Origin: Octopus bimaculoides
Taxonomy: Eukaryota
Direction: 5' to 3'
NCBI RefSeq assembly: GCF_001194135.2
Contig: NC_068994.1
Span: 44,331,133 to 44,395,132 of the forward strand
Length of the DNA: 64,000 nt
The translations under genes and the position numbers were made by a program. Below are positions 24,857 through 38,607 of the stretch, piece by piece (the first letter of the stretch is position 1; every line of letters begins with the position of its first letter). Below the pieces are notes generated by a model that had not been told where the DNA came from, did not search any database, and worked only from the letters and a program-made list of their open reading frames with translations.

Positions 24857-25479
24857 GTGTGTGTGTGTATATATATATATATGTATAATATTATATAGTA
24901 TATATTATATGTTATATATATATCGGGAGAGAGGGAATTGGGGTGAGACACAGAAGAGAACTAGACAGTCAGGCAGAGACATAATGAACATACTAGTGCC
25001 AAACACTTCTCAGTACCCACACCACACGCCACACATCCACACACAACCTTCAATAGCATCACCAATCATAATACTATACAAGCAATCACACATGCACTGT
25101 TTAACTCAGTACACACCACACACCATCATGCACACTCCTACACCCACACAAGCACGTACTACCTGAACAGAGATAATATATACACATGCACACATGCCAG
25201 ATGCATAGACTAAGATAACTTTTGCCCACAAACATACACTGTACACATGCACACTATTTTGTCACAGAGACACATGCACACACATACACATGTGCATACA
25301 CCACCCGAACAAGCACACATCAGCTACTACACACAACACACACACACACTCACATGCACACGTTAGACTCACTCACCCCCATTCACACACACACGTTAGA
25401 CTCACTCACCCCATTCACACATACACACTTATACACACCATTCTCATATAAACACACATGCTTGCACACCTTAGTTCGT

Positions 25480-25765
25480 TGGGATCACCATTACCTTTAC
25501 CATTATTATTATTATTATCTCCCTTTTATTCAACCTCTTTTTTTTCCAGTCATCTCATTATGCTGGACCATTGAATTCTGCACTTTTGTTTCTCTCTGCA
25601 TTTTTTCATTCTCTCTCCATATTTTCCCTCTTAATCCTTTCTGTCAAAGAGCATAGGCTCGAAACATAAAAGATTTTTCTATTTTTCCCAAGCGTTAAAC
25701 TAATACACCTGCTTGTTGCTCTTATTCCTGTCTTCGTCTTTTGTTTTCTTTTGAACTATGTATAC
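25480..25765 (+). mobile_element. Penelope-like/retrozyme-like repeat with minimal hammerhead-like motif (25637-25672)
   Basis: cttt-CTGTCAA-a-gagc(atag)gctc-GAA-acat-a-aaag, followed by the same downstream sequence as the 10900 copy. Confidence 0.55.
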
Positions 25766-25845
25766 ATGTATACATATATATGTGTGTATATATATATATG
25801 AATATATATATATAGATAGATAGATAGATAGATACATACATACAT

Positions 25846-25907
<62 letters not shown>

Positions 25908-25960
25908 AATATATACATATGTATATATGTATATATATGTATATGTGTGTATATATATAT

Positions 25961-26381
25961 ATATTAAAGTTAGATAAGGCCGGTTTATGGGATTACCTTA
26001 GGTTTTATGTCCATAAAGGGCTTAGCTTTATGGTGTATTATCAGATCCCAAAACCTGTTGTCTAAAGGCCTCTCTAGTGAGTGGCTTCTCTAGCATATGG
26101 AGGGGGAGAGGACCCTATTACTCAATGTCAATAATGGGGATTGTCTCCCCTTGGTTATCGATCATCAATGTTAACAACAGGGATAGTTGATATCAGCAAT
26201 TGATAGCCAAGGAGAGACAATCCCCTTTGTTGACATTGAGTAACGGGGCCCTTTCCTCCTCCATATTCTAGAGAGGCTACTCGCTAGAGAGGCCTTTAGC
26301 CAACAGGTTTTGGGATCTGATGATACGCCATAAAGATAAGCCCTCTATGGATGTGAAACCAGCCTTATCTAACTTAAATAT
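25961..26381. mobile_element. ~420-bp foldback/MITE-like element, palindromic along almost its whole length
   Basis: Ends aagttagataaggc / gccttatctaactt. The arms pair inward to ccttggttatc / gatagccaagg around a ~60 nt spacer. TA-rich flanks. Confidence 0.8.
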
Positions 26382-26436
26382 ATACTGCTCTATAACTTAG
26401 AGTGTGCTTCTTTTTTCAAATCCATGTTTATGGATG

Positions 26437-26480
<44 letters not shown>

Positions 26481-26722
26481 NNNNNNNNNNNNNNNNNNNN
26501 NNNNNNNNNNNNNNNNNNNNNNNNNNNNNNNNNNNNNNNNNNNNNNNNNNNNNNNNNNNNNNNNNNNNNNNNNNNNNNNNNNNNNNNNNNNNNNNNNNNN
26601 NNNNNNNNNNNNNNNNNNNNNNNNNNNNNNNNNNNNNNNNNNNNNNNNNNNNNNNNNNNNNNNNNNNNNNNNNNNTATATATATATATATATATATACAG
26701 ACAGACAGACAGACAGACAGAC

Positions 26723-26770
<48 letters not shown>

Positions 26771-26969
26771 GGATGGAGATGGATGGATGGATAGATAGAT
26801 AGATAGATATACAGACAGAGAAAGAAAGAGAGAGAGGAAGTTAGAGAGATGAAATGAATTTTATTACAATGAAAACGCCTCTGCAATTGTGTAAAGAATG
26901 AGAGTTTGGCAGATGATGCTGATACACCTATCCTGATACAGTTTAATTAGATGGAACACCAATAATTAC

Positions 26970-27116
26970 CTGTGGGAGACTTCTTGATGTTGTTGAAGCT
27001 ATCCATTCATTTTGTGGCTCCAGAACAAAATAAAACTGACTGGCTGATTTCATCAAATGAGAATCAGTATGTCTCTTTTGGTTACGATTCCGTGGTATGG
27101 CAGCATAGCTTTTGGT
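26970..27116 (-). CDS. Repeated coding exon, copy 1 (49 codons, phase 0-0): TKSYAAIPRNRNQKRHTDSHLMKSASQFYFVLEPQNEWIASTTSRSLPQ
   Basis: Acceptor gtttctattttcag|acc and donor cag|gtaatt. 147 nt. 30 of the first 43 aa are identical to copy 2. Confidence 0.88.
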
Positions 27117-28099
27117 CTGAAAATAGAAACATCACAAAAATTAGTAAATGTTCCAGATTTATATAACTGCATTATGTTATTCATATATTATTATCTTTTC
27201 TATCTTTCGATTTTTTTTTTTTCTTTGGCGGAAGTGGATGTGCTGTGCCTATTACCCTTTTAAGGGCCTCTGAGATTTGTGGGAAGAAGGAAGTTATCCA
27301 AAGACCAAATTCTTGACCTGACTTCAATGCCTGCAACAGAGTGAACTTGCCTAAAGGCACCCTTGTTCAATGCCACCATTTGAAACCAATAAAAAGGGTG
27401 CCTCTATAGAGTTAGACTGATCAAAAGCAGCAGCCAAATCTCCCTTATATCAAACAACCTCTCCATTTTCGTATATAAACAAAGAAAGAATTTGGTGTAG
27501 TCCATGATACACAGTGCCTGAAAAAAATATGGAACATCTTTGATTTTAGTGGTTTTTAGATCAAAGTTGACAAAAGATTTCTTTTCATTACACACAATGT
27601 TCATGCTGTAATGAACTCTTTTTCAAAGCTTTTGAAATAAAGTGAGATTACATCAAACAAGAATCAAAACTGCATCACAGTCATACCTTGTCTGAGACTT
27701 AATTCTTGCTCTTTGTAACCTGCCATGTTTCAACATTAAATATTGTGTTCTCATTGAACTTAACTTGTATCCTAAGCAACAACAGCATTTGATCTCGCTT
27801 TTCTTTGCAAATCTAGACAGGAAGGACAGGAAGCCCAGCTTGGGATTTTTCACTTTTCATAGCAATTGAATTCCTCAAACATCTTCAAGAAACTCTTTAC
27901 TTTGTTTGTCTGCTGCCAGTAAAATCACAGCTGACAAGAAAGTTTCTACATAGTTGTTTGGCTTGGTAGAAATAACAGCCAAGTATTTCTTAAAACATAA
28001 CCAACCATCTCAAAAAAAAAAAAAAACAACTTTGGAGCATATTGGACAAAATAGCCCCAGATACACCATGTTTGATCACAGCTAGAATCATCATCATCA

Positions 28100-28530
28100 T
28101 CATCATTGTTTAACGTCCACCTTCCATGCTAGCATGGGTTGGACGATTTGACTGAGGGCTGGCGAACCAGTAGGCTGCACCAGGCTCCAATCTGATCTGG
28201 CAGAGTTTCTACAGCTGGATGCCCTTCCTAATGTCAACCACTCCTTCTGAGAGTGTAGTGGGTACTTTTACGTGCTACCAGCCCGAGGGCTAGTCGGGTG
28301 GTACTGGCAACAGCCATGCTCAAAATGGTGTTTTTTATGTGTCACCTGCACATGAGCCAGTCCAGCAGCACTGGCCACGACCTCGCTCAAACGTTTTTTC
28401 ACGTGCCACCGGCACAAGTGCCAGTAAGGCGACACTGGTAACGATCATGCTCAAATGGTGCTACTTATGTGCCACTGGCACGGAAGCCAGACAGCTGCTC
28501 TAGCAATGATCACGCTCGGACGGTGCTCGT
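28100..28530 (-). mobile_element. SINE family B long copy
   Basis: Same (CAT)n-cgtttaacgtcc...ccatgctagcatgggttggacg start, followed by internal subrepeats. Confidence 0.8.
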
Positions 28531-29412
28531 CTTTGATAATAGCTCAGCTTATTCAGAGCTGATGTAAGGTTAAACTAGAGCAACAACGACAACAACAACA
28601 CATCAATAACAACAACTGTTATAATATAAAAAGGCACAGAGCTAAATAATGAAAGACATTTAGTCCCGTATTTTAGAATTTCGTCTCTCTGCTGTCTATT
28701 TTCATTAATATAATATTAATGATATTTGGTACCCCCAGATTATCAATTAATAATTGTATGAACAGTTTTAGTGTAGGATATTTAATCAAAGAGATTGGTA
28801 TTGATTCTTCTCTAATTGAAAGAAGGTAAGCAACTAAATCAACATGGGAACATCTATATAGTCACCCAGCCTATTTAAACCTCATGTGGGGACTGAATGT
28901 TCTAAGGCCAAAAACTTCGAGGATATGTCCACAAACACAGAATTGCCACAACTAATAATCTGCCTTAACAGTTAGCTATTATTGAGCCTTAAATCTACTA
29001 AAACAGAGTAACCTGGGTTTTCAACAACACAAAAGACCAATAAATAATTTGGACAATGAGACTTATGATAAACTGCCTCTAGTTTTATAATACATGAGAG
29101 AATCATAAGAAACTACCTCTAGGTCTATGATACACAAGAAAGTTATAAGAAACAAGATTGGCTCACTAGATTATGTCAGCTACTGTTTAATTATAAGTTC
29201 ATCATGAATAAGGTATGCCTGGAAAATTAGTATATTCATCCACTGGAAGAAGGCTCCTGATATTGCCAAATGAAAATTTACCAATCCTATGCAAGGAGCT
29301 GTCTTTACTGAAGTCATAGATAACGTTGATGTCTAAAAGTTATGAGATGTCTGCATTTGAAGAAAGGATAGATGCCTACAATAGCAGACAACAATGCAAT
29401 TGAGTTGTTTTA

Positions 29413-29461
<49 letters not shown>

Positions 29462-29490
29462 GATTTCTTCTTTGTGATATAATCTTGGGA

Positions 29491-29618
29491 AAGAACATAT
29501 TTGCGGCTGAAGATAGCTTTAAACCATCCTGTCTATCAATTATATACCCATATAATGATGCAACGACTGTTTGTATATAAAGCTTGAAACACGTGTACCG
29601 CAGAATCCTTTGTGTTCT
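29491..29618 (+). ncRNA. Type-I hammerhead ribozyme motif (probable Penelope-like element end)
   Basis: Stem I tttgcgg(29500-06)/ccgcaga(29598-604). Core CTGAAGA(29507-13). Stem II agcttta/taaagct with a U.U base. GAA-ACACGTGT-A gives a palindromic stem III and GUA cleavage after 29597. Distal stem I agaacata/tgtgttct. Confidence 0.75.
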
Positions 29619-30179
29619 GTTTTAATTTTACGTTTTTAATTTTTACNNNNNNNNNNNNNNNNNNNNNNNNNNNNNNNNNNNNNNNNNNNNNNNNNNNNNN
29701 NNNNNNNNNNNNNNNNNNNNNNNNNNNNNNNNNNNNNNNNNNNNNNNNNNNNNNNNNNNNNNNNNNNNNNNNNNNNNNNNNNNNNNNNNNNNNNNNNNNN
29801 NNNNNNNNNNNNNNNNNNNNNNNNNNNNNNNNNNNNNNNNNNNNNNNNNNNNNNNNNNNNNNNNNNNNNNNNNNNNNNNNNNNNNNNNNNNNNNNNNNNN
29901 NNNNNNNNNNNNNNNNNNNNNNNNNNNNNNNNNNNNNNNNNNNNNNNNNNNNNNNNNNNNNNNNNNNNNNNNNNNNNNNNNNNNNNNNNNNNNNNNNNNN
30001 NNNNNNNNNNNNNNNNNNNNNNNNNNNNNNNNNNNNNNNNNNNNNNNNNNNNNNNNNNNNNNNNNNNNNNNNNNNNNNNNNNNNNNNNNNNNNNNNNNNN
30101 NNNNNNNNNNNNNNNNNNNNNNNNNNNNNNNNNNNNNNNNNNNNNNNNNNNNNNNNNNNNNNNNNNNNNNNNNNNNNNC

Positions 30180-30515
30180 ATCATCATCATCATCATCATC
30201 GTTTAACGTCCTCTTTCCATGCTAGCATGGGTTGGACGATTTGACTGAGGACTGGTGAAACCAGATAGCAACACCAGGCTCCAATCTGATTTGGCAGTGT
30301 TTCTACAGCTGGATGCCCTTCCTAACGCCAACCACTCAGAGAGTGTAGTGGGTGCTTTTACGTGTCACCCGCATGAAGGCCAGTCAGGTGGTACTGGCAA
30401 CGGCCACGCTCAAAATGGTGTATTTTATGTGCCACCCGCACAAGAGCCAGTCCAGGGACACTGGCAATGATCTCACTCGAAAGCAACGATCTCGCTCGAA
30501 AGCAACGATCTCGCT
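30180..30515 (-). mobile_element. SINE family B copy ending in a ~20-bp tandem triplication
   Basis: Family B sequence followed by (gcaacgatctcgctcgaaa) x3. Confidence 0.8.
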
Positions 30516-30629
30516 CAATATATAAATAAAAAGTAAGTTCAATGCTTCTATTTTAATTATTAATCTGTAATATATCTATCAAACCTTTAATTTTCCAAGT
30601 TGAAGCCTTTGTCTATATCTTTACAAAAC

Positions 30630-32205
30630 ATATTCAATATGAGGTTGAATTTGCCTTTCATCCCCTTGCGGGGGGTTAATAAAATAAGTACCAGTTGAAC
30701 TTTGAGGTCAGTATAATTGACTTAATCCCTCCCACCAAAATTAGCTTTGTGCTAAAATTTGAAATAAGGCGACAAGTTGGCAGGAATATTAGCATGCAAG
30801 GTAAAATGCTTAGTAGCATTTCATCTATCTTTACATTCTAAGTTCAAATTCTGCTGAGGTCGACTTTGCCTTTCATACATTGGGTGTCAATAAAACAAGT
30901 ACCAGTCGAGTAGAGTACAGAGGTCAATGTAATCAATTTACCCACTTCCCCAAAATTGCTGGCCTTGTACCACAATTTGAAACCAATATCTTTACAAAAC
31001 ATGTATAATGAAAAAGCTTTGTATTAAGCTGACCTGGGAAACATAATCCATGTACAAGAAAAAGTGGGGTGGGGGCATGGAAATATTGAAAACTTTGAGG
31101 ACTTTGTAGATGCAAAAGTGCCATCTCTCATTAGCACACTGGGCAAAAATGCTTGGCAGCATTTTGTCCTTTTTTATCTTCTGAGTTCAAATTCCACCAA
31201 GGTCAACTTTGCCTTTCATCTTTTCAGGATTGATAAAGTAAGTACCAGTTGAATACTGGGGTCAATGTAATAAACTTACCCTGCTCCCTCGAAATTCCTG
31301 ACCTTGTGCCAAAATTTGAAACTAATATGTCACAGAAGAGATAAAAGGATGTATTCAATACTGTTAAGCTGAGTGAATATCTAGTTTCATTGCTAACTAT
31401 GTCTATAAACCATGTCTTAAATTTCTTAATCACACAAAGAGTAAAAGGTCTTTTCTAAGTCAACATCTAATGCAATTGGTTAGAAACTTCCAAATCTCCT
31501 TATGGTTACCCAACCACATTAGCAACATCCATAAATGATGCTTATCTCCCAGTCAATGATATCATAATTATATTTATTAAAATGAAAGTTAAAAATTCAT
31601 AGTTATTAGTTCATTCATTCTATTTCAGTTTCATTTCAATTAGGGAATAGTGCTTTTATTGATCTGGCACTCTCCAGGAACATAGCATTCTGTTCCTAAA
31701 AAGTTACAATAAAAGAAAATTGAAGTTTTTTTCTTTAAAATCTTCTTACATAAGCAATTACTATCGCTAATTGATATTTTCCAGATTCTCAATAGAGTTA
31801 AATATGGAAAATATCAAACCAAATTTTTTTTTCTTTTTCTACCTAATTTCCTGCATTCATGATTTGTTTTTTTGGTAGGGTTTTTTTTTTTTTTCATGCA
31901 GACTTGAATTTTTTTAAGGCATTTTATCAATACGGATGCATTTCTAAGCCCTAAAAAGAGAATCAAGTGCTTTTTCTCCTACTGGAATAGCTAAAGTAAA
32001 TAGGAAATATCCTGAAAAAAAAAATAATAATGAATATTTTTGCAGCATGAAACTAAACTCTCACTCTATGGATAGAGTCAACTCTCTGCCATAACATTGC
32101 TGTATAACAATGTATTCAATAGAAGCATTAGAAGCAAACATGTAGCATTTAATAAGAGAGCTCATTTGTGAATGGTAGTTATATCATTACAGTATTAAAT
32201 TTTTT

Positions 32206-32237
<32 letters not shown>

Positions 32238-32661
32238 AAGGCTATGGAAGAGGAAAAAGGATACTGACGGTAAGAGTGAAATTAAAGTTAATATTTATTA
32301 TACTCGTTAAGGCTGTGAACTGGCAGAATCATTAGCACGCTGGGTAAAATGTTTTGTGGCATTTCATGCCTTTATGTTCTGAGTTCAAATACTGCCAAAG
32401 TCAGCAGTGCATTTTGTCCTTTCAGTATTGATAAAATAAGTATTAGGTGAATGCTGGAGTTGATGTAAATAACTTACCCACCTCCTACCCCGAAATTGCT
32501 GGCCTTGTGCCAAAATTTGAAACCAATATTTATTATGTTGGTTCATACTTGCTCTCCCCACTTGGTAGGCAATGCTAGATTTTAGATTCATAATTTATTT
32601 TCTACTATCAATCTTTTCTAGACATTTCCCAAAATTATAAATGATGATGATGATGATGATG

Positions 32662-32693
<32 letters not shown>

Positions 32694-32925
32694 TATCTTC
32701 ATCATTATAATCACATGGAAGAGTGTAAAGATAGTGATAGTAGGAGTAAAATTAACATCAATATTTATTACAGTGTTCAAATTCTGCCAAGGTCGATTTT
32801 GTCTTTAATCCTTTTGGGGGTTCAATAAAGTAAGTACCAGTTGACCTCTGAGGTCGATGCAATCAACTAGCCTCTCCCCTGAAATTGCTGGCCTTGCGCC
32901 AAAATTTGAAACCAATATTTATTAA
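30630..32925 (+). mobile_element. Cluster of short tRNA-derived SINE family D copies (~30630-30770, 30770-30990, 31140-31330, 32310-32530, 32775-32925)
   Basis: Recurrent gagctggcagaat..ttagcac...gttcaaattc.gccgaggtcgactttgcctttcatcc...aagtaccag...ccaaaatttgaaacc. Other copies occur at 16900, 42240, 43500 and 44120. Confidence 0.75.
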
Positions 32926-33884
32926 ACTTGCATATATTTGTCCACCTCATCATGACTGTCAGCATCACACTAGTCTTCAGAAAATATTCTAAGTCTTCAA
33001 TCCAAAACTTACAGATTAATATTGAAACTATAAGGGTAGGAGCAGTGAGAATGATATAGGAGCAGTGAGAATGATATAGGAGAAAGTGATGAAGGCAGAT
33101 CTCACAAGGGAGATGGCAAGGAATCCTAACAAGGTTTGAGGTGCAATACTGGAGAAAACTCATGCAAGCATAGTGAGGATTTCTCTAACTATTAGCAAAA
33201 TAAAATAAATCTGATAGTAAACTGCATAAGCAGTTTTTTTTTTTATTATTATTAGAAACCAAGTTGTACAGTGAAATTACTAAATACATCAACACAAAAA
33301 AGATTTCTTCAGATATCAGAAATAACATGATATATTATGATACCCAGATTTGACTTTAGAATCTATAACAATCAACAACTGAATCCATACATAATACAAT
33401 CAACATCTAAATCCACATCAATATGGTCAACTTGTAACTCTGCCAGAACACTGTCAACCGCACATCACTATAGGATCATCATTCGATATACAATACCTAA
33501 ACCCGACCATACACATGGCCTGAGACATGCAACATAGGCTATTCTGAATGATCTTTAAATGTCTGTTGTTATCTATAACAACAGATTTTTGCAAGCTTCT
33601 GTTGTTATAATGTAAACCTCTGACCTTACAAAGACCTCTTTCAGTTTCTAATCGTTTGTCCCATTGATGGTCTGCTTTCTCTTCCTTACACTCCAATAAA
33701 ACCACATACTGAATGACACATGTAACATATAACCTTTCAATTCTGCTCAGTCAGCTAAAATAGCCTCTTTTATGCTTCTTCAAATATGGTTTTATAATAT
33801 GTATTTAACGTGAAAGCAGATTAAGCAAAAGTCAATGTATTGTATGGAAAGATTTGGCCCCAGTAAAAATATATTAATGGTCAA

Positions 33885-34264
33885 GATTTCGTATGGTTAA
33901 GAAGCTTGCTATACACAACCACATGGTACTGAGTTCAGTCCCACAGTGCGACATCTTCAGCAGGTGTCTTCTACAGTAGCCCTGGGCCAACTAAAGCCTT
34001 GTGAGTGAATTTGGTAGACAGAAACTGTGTGGAAGTCCCTCATATACAAATAGATACATAGATACATACACACATACATACATACATACATACATGCACA
34101 CATACATACATACACACACACATACACACATACATGCATAGATAAATACATACATACATACATACACACATTCATACATACATACATACACATACACATA
34201 CACACATAAATACATACATACATGCACACACACACATACACACACACATACATACATACATACA

Positions 34265-34297
<33 letters not shown>

Positions 34298-34500
34298 GCA
34301 TGCATGCATGTATGTATTATGTATGTAACCAGTGTTGGCTTGTTTACATCCCTGTAACTTAACAGTTCAGCAAAAGAAGCTCATTGAATAAGAAACAGGC
34401 TTAAAGAAATAAAAACCAAGGTCTATTTGTTCAACTAAATCCACCAAGGTGGTGCTCCAGCATAGCCACAGTACAATGACTAACACAAAAAGAAATGAAT
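33885..34500 (+). mobile_element. SINE family A copy with an expanded internal (TACA)n
   Basis: Head at 33885-34045, microsatellite, then 3' part at 34326-34500. Confidence 0.75.
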
Positions 34501-34844
34501 AATAAGACAAGAGATAGTGGTTCATTTCCTCAAACATCTATCTTATGGAACGCTCTTTCTTTTAGTTTCCTTTATGAATATAATCTTGTTTGTTTCATAT
34601 CTTGGGTTGACCATTTTATGGTTCTTTTAGAGCAGCTTTTCATTAGATTTATTTTGTTTCTTTTTCTTTTTTAACACCCAAGAAACAAAGTGATTGCTTA
34701 TGAACCCCTTTGATTACTATTTTATTCTGGTGAACCCCTATAGCCATTCATTGTTTAAAAACTACATTTATAGAAACTTCTCTCAAAATTCCTATTTTGT
34801 TTTTCACACATTAACTTGTGTGGGTTGAACTAATCCTGCACCTA

Positions 34845-35023
34845 TAGGCACATGAGTGGCTGTGTGGTAAGTAGCTTGCTTACCAACCACATGGTTCTGC
34901 GTTCAGTCCCACTGCGTGGCACCTTGGGCAAGTGTCTTCTACTATAGCCTCGGGCCAACCAAAGCCTTGTGAGTGGATTTGGTAGACGGAAACTGAAAGA
35001 AGCCCGTCATATATATGTATTTG

Positions 35024-35102
<79 letters not shown>

Positions 35103-35290
35103 AACATCACTTGACAACTGATGTTGGTGTGTTTACATCCCCGTAACTTAGCGGTTCAGCAAGAGAGAACCGATAGAATAAGTACTAGGCTTACAAAGAA
35201 TAAGTCCTGGGGTCGATTTCCTCGACTAAAGGCAGTGCTCCAGCATGGCCACAGTCAAAATGACTGAAACAAGTAAAAGAGTAAAAAGAG
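34845..35290 (+). mobile_element. SINE family A full-length, young copy
   Basis: ggcacatgagtggctgtgtggtaagtagcttgcttaccaaccacatggttctgcgttcagtccc... ending gactgaaacaagtaaaagagtaaaa. Confidence 0.9.
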
Positions 35291-35822
35291 AAAGAAATCT
35301 AACTGTTTCTTGCAATACGTACCAATACATATATCTGAAGCAGAATTTTTCCAGGAGTCCTTAAAATTCTATTGTGGATCCCCAGTTTACTAGTTTGCTG
35401 CATGGACACCACCACCCTACAATCATGGACCCTAGTTGGGAACTACTGGCTTAAAGCCTGCTTTACTGCTGGTTGTTTGCCTACATACTGAGAACACAAA
35501 ATGAGCCATAAAGAATGCAATGCATTAGTAGGAAGAATATAAACAATCAAATTCAAAACCCAAGTTTTGGTGATATGACTGCTTATTATAAAATAAAATA
35601 ATTTATAGAATATGGAGCCCATACAAACTCCTAAAGATTGAAATAGTATTCCAAATGAAAATTAATATTAAAATAGCTTGGTTTCACTTTGCCATAAGTG
35701 AAATTTAATTTTCAGCCATCATATTAAAATTTCAAGCATCTTCACATTTAATAAGGCACTTGAACTTTAATAAGACATTGTAATGTATTTAGGAAGAAAT
35801 AAATTGTTAATTGCTAAATTAT

Positions 35823-35858
<36 letters not shown>

Positions 35859-35887
35859 GCACATGTACACACATACACATGCACACA

Positions 35888-35935
<48 letters not shown>

Positions 35936-36315
35936 TACATATACATATATACATATATACACACATATATACATACATATATATATACTTACATGCATAT
36001 ATGTATATATACTGTTTATATACACATACATACATATGTGTGTGTGTTACATAAATACACAGTCAGCACCTCTTTGTAATTAAATTATTATTTAATCATT
36101 TAATCTAATTTCTTCATGCCACTTAAATATTTTTACTAACATTTCTATATAACAAATTAGTTACTAAAGACCCAACAAACAATGGCAAAAGGTTCTACTT
36201 CCACTAATGCAGCTCAGGGCCAGAAACCTCCAGACTAGTGTCCCTTACTGACTTCTCAAGATAACTGGGTTTACTAATCCCAGATATTTTTCTTAATTAT
36301 TGCTTCGTAGTCTTT

Positions 36316-36358
<43 letters not shown>

Positions 36359-36359
36359 G

Positions 36360-36403
<44 letters not shown>

Positions 36404-36424
36404 CGGACAGGTAGGCAGGCAGGC

Positions 36425-36471
<47 letters not shown>

Positions 36472-36829
36472 ATGACAGTTGATGAAGGCAACATTTTTGT
36501 TCTGTCTATTGAATATTTTATCACTTGTGTCCATTCTTTACATTAATGATTGCCAACACAAACAGCCAAATTTACCCACGTCATTTACATGCACATGCAC
36601 ACACACACACACACACACACATAAATATATAAATATATATATATATANNNNNNNNNNNNNNNNNNNNNNNNNNNNNNNNNNNNNNNNNNNNNNNNNNNNN
36701 NNNNNNNNNNNNNNNNNNNNNNNNNNNNNNNNNNNNNNNNNNNNNNNNNNNNNNNNNNNNNNNNNNNNNNNNNNNNNNNNNNNNNNNNNNNNNNNNNNNN
36801 NNNNNNNNNNNNTACATACATATGGTGGT

Positions 36830-36965
36830 TGTCTACTCCTTACACAGAGTGTGACCACTTCCTGCACCTACACCTTAGCCCTTTCATGACGTCCGATGTG
36901 GCTTTTTAAACCAGACAATGTTTTGAAAAAATACCCACACAGATTGCACCTCTGATTTGTACCAC
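36830..36965 (-). mobile_element. RTE-type LINE 3' terminus with terminal C2H2 finger
   Basis: GTNQRCNLCGYFFKTLSGLKSHIGRHERAKV*, then a short 3' UTR and microsatellite tail. Confidence 0.6.
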
Positions 36966-36996
36966 CAATACATACATACATACATACATACATACA

Positions 36997-37028
<32 letters not shown>

Positions 37029-38149
37029 CATGCATACACTATATAAGTGAGAGCATTTATGTGTGTGTGCATGTGTGTGTGTGTATTGCGTGTGTCTGTG
37101 TATTGTGTGTGTGTGTGTGTGTGCACATACGCACACGTGCATGCCTGCATGTGTGTGTGTGGTTTACAGACCATATGAGAACATTAGATATAAGCATTGA
37201 GATACTGAACAAGATACATTAATATACCAAGTTCAGTTGACCATGCTTTGTGTGTCAAATATTTTTAAACTTAGTCAAAAATAGTAAATGAACTATACTT
37301 TGAAGTGTATTATAATTAATTTATTATTTACCTGTTAGAAATATAAACTGTCATATAAAATCACAAGGAGGAAATTCTCTATTGGCACTAAAGATTGGAA
37401 TTTCAAGGTTAGGTTTCTAGAAAAGTCTTTTATCTTAACTTGTAATAGATTTAGCACTGAATTGGGAAGGAATCTTTCCACTACAGTTGGAAAACAGATT
37501 TTTAATGTTTTTTATTGTATTTCCCTTATGGACAAATAGGGTTTCTATCATAAAGGCTTTTACTAATAAATTTTAAAAACTGCAAATGTAAACATGTTTA
37601 TAGGTGTGGGTTTGGGACACATGGACAACCTTCGACTTTTCCCATCCAAAGGCTTTTTAACCCAATATGTATTCATTAATTTATAGCGTTATTTCTTTCA
37701 AGATTCACCATTCCAAAAAAGAATTGCAAATTTGTTTCTCATTATAGCTTTAAAGATGTAACTTCTAAGTTCTAATATACAAATATCTAAATATATTTTA
37801 TTATTAAATGTATAAATTTTTAAGTGTATAAACTTTTAAAGAAAAAGATATTATTATAAATCAAAGTATAAACCAAGATCTATAAATCAAACAGAAAAAT
37901 GAACAATTTCTTATTGAAATTATCTTACTGTAGTTTACATTCTTTTAGATTTTCAAGGACTATACTTTAGCTAAATATATTCCATTAACTCCCAGCAGGT
38001 TTTCCTTTAATTGTGTTTAAGCCTTGCTATTTGAAAAATAAAAACAGTAGTAAGAGATTGTGTTGAAAAAAAAAACCTGTCCAACCAATCCATGCAGGCA
38101 TGGAAAGCAAACATAAAATGAGTATACATACGTATACACATATATTTAT

Positions 38150-38200
<51 letters not shown>

Positions 38201-38566
38201 CATACAAACAATATATAAGTATATGCATATATATGTACATGTATGTACATACCTTCATCTACATGTACATATAGATACATATCTGGGTACATGACATTGC
38301 AAAAAAACATGGACAAAATGATAAACAAGGTACAAAACACAAGCAGGCCACATAGAGAACATATCCTTCATCAGCTGCCACCATTAAAACACTGGCGTTT
38401 CGAAGAGTTATATATACATANNNNNNNNNNNNNNNNNNNNNNNNNNNNNNNNNNNNNNNNNNNNNNNNNNNNNTATCACCTGATGAACTAGACTAGCAGA
38501 TGTTGTTTTACCTTGCTGATCACAATGTGCCACTCAGCCTGGCAATCAGCACTAGACCATATATGT

Positions 38567-38604
<38 letters not shown>

Positions 38605-38607
<3 letters not shown>

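Noticed and set aside
31930-32002. Strong minus-strand acceptor (t10-cag) followed by YFLFTLAIP
   Set aside because: There is no good donor before stops in any frame.
33454-33705. 83-aa ORF with CKVRGLHYNN, faintly like a Polinton polymerase C-terminus, plus an 11-bp hairpin at 33562-33585
   Set aside because: The similarity is a few residues recalled from memory, and no other polymerase motifs are nearby.
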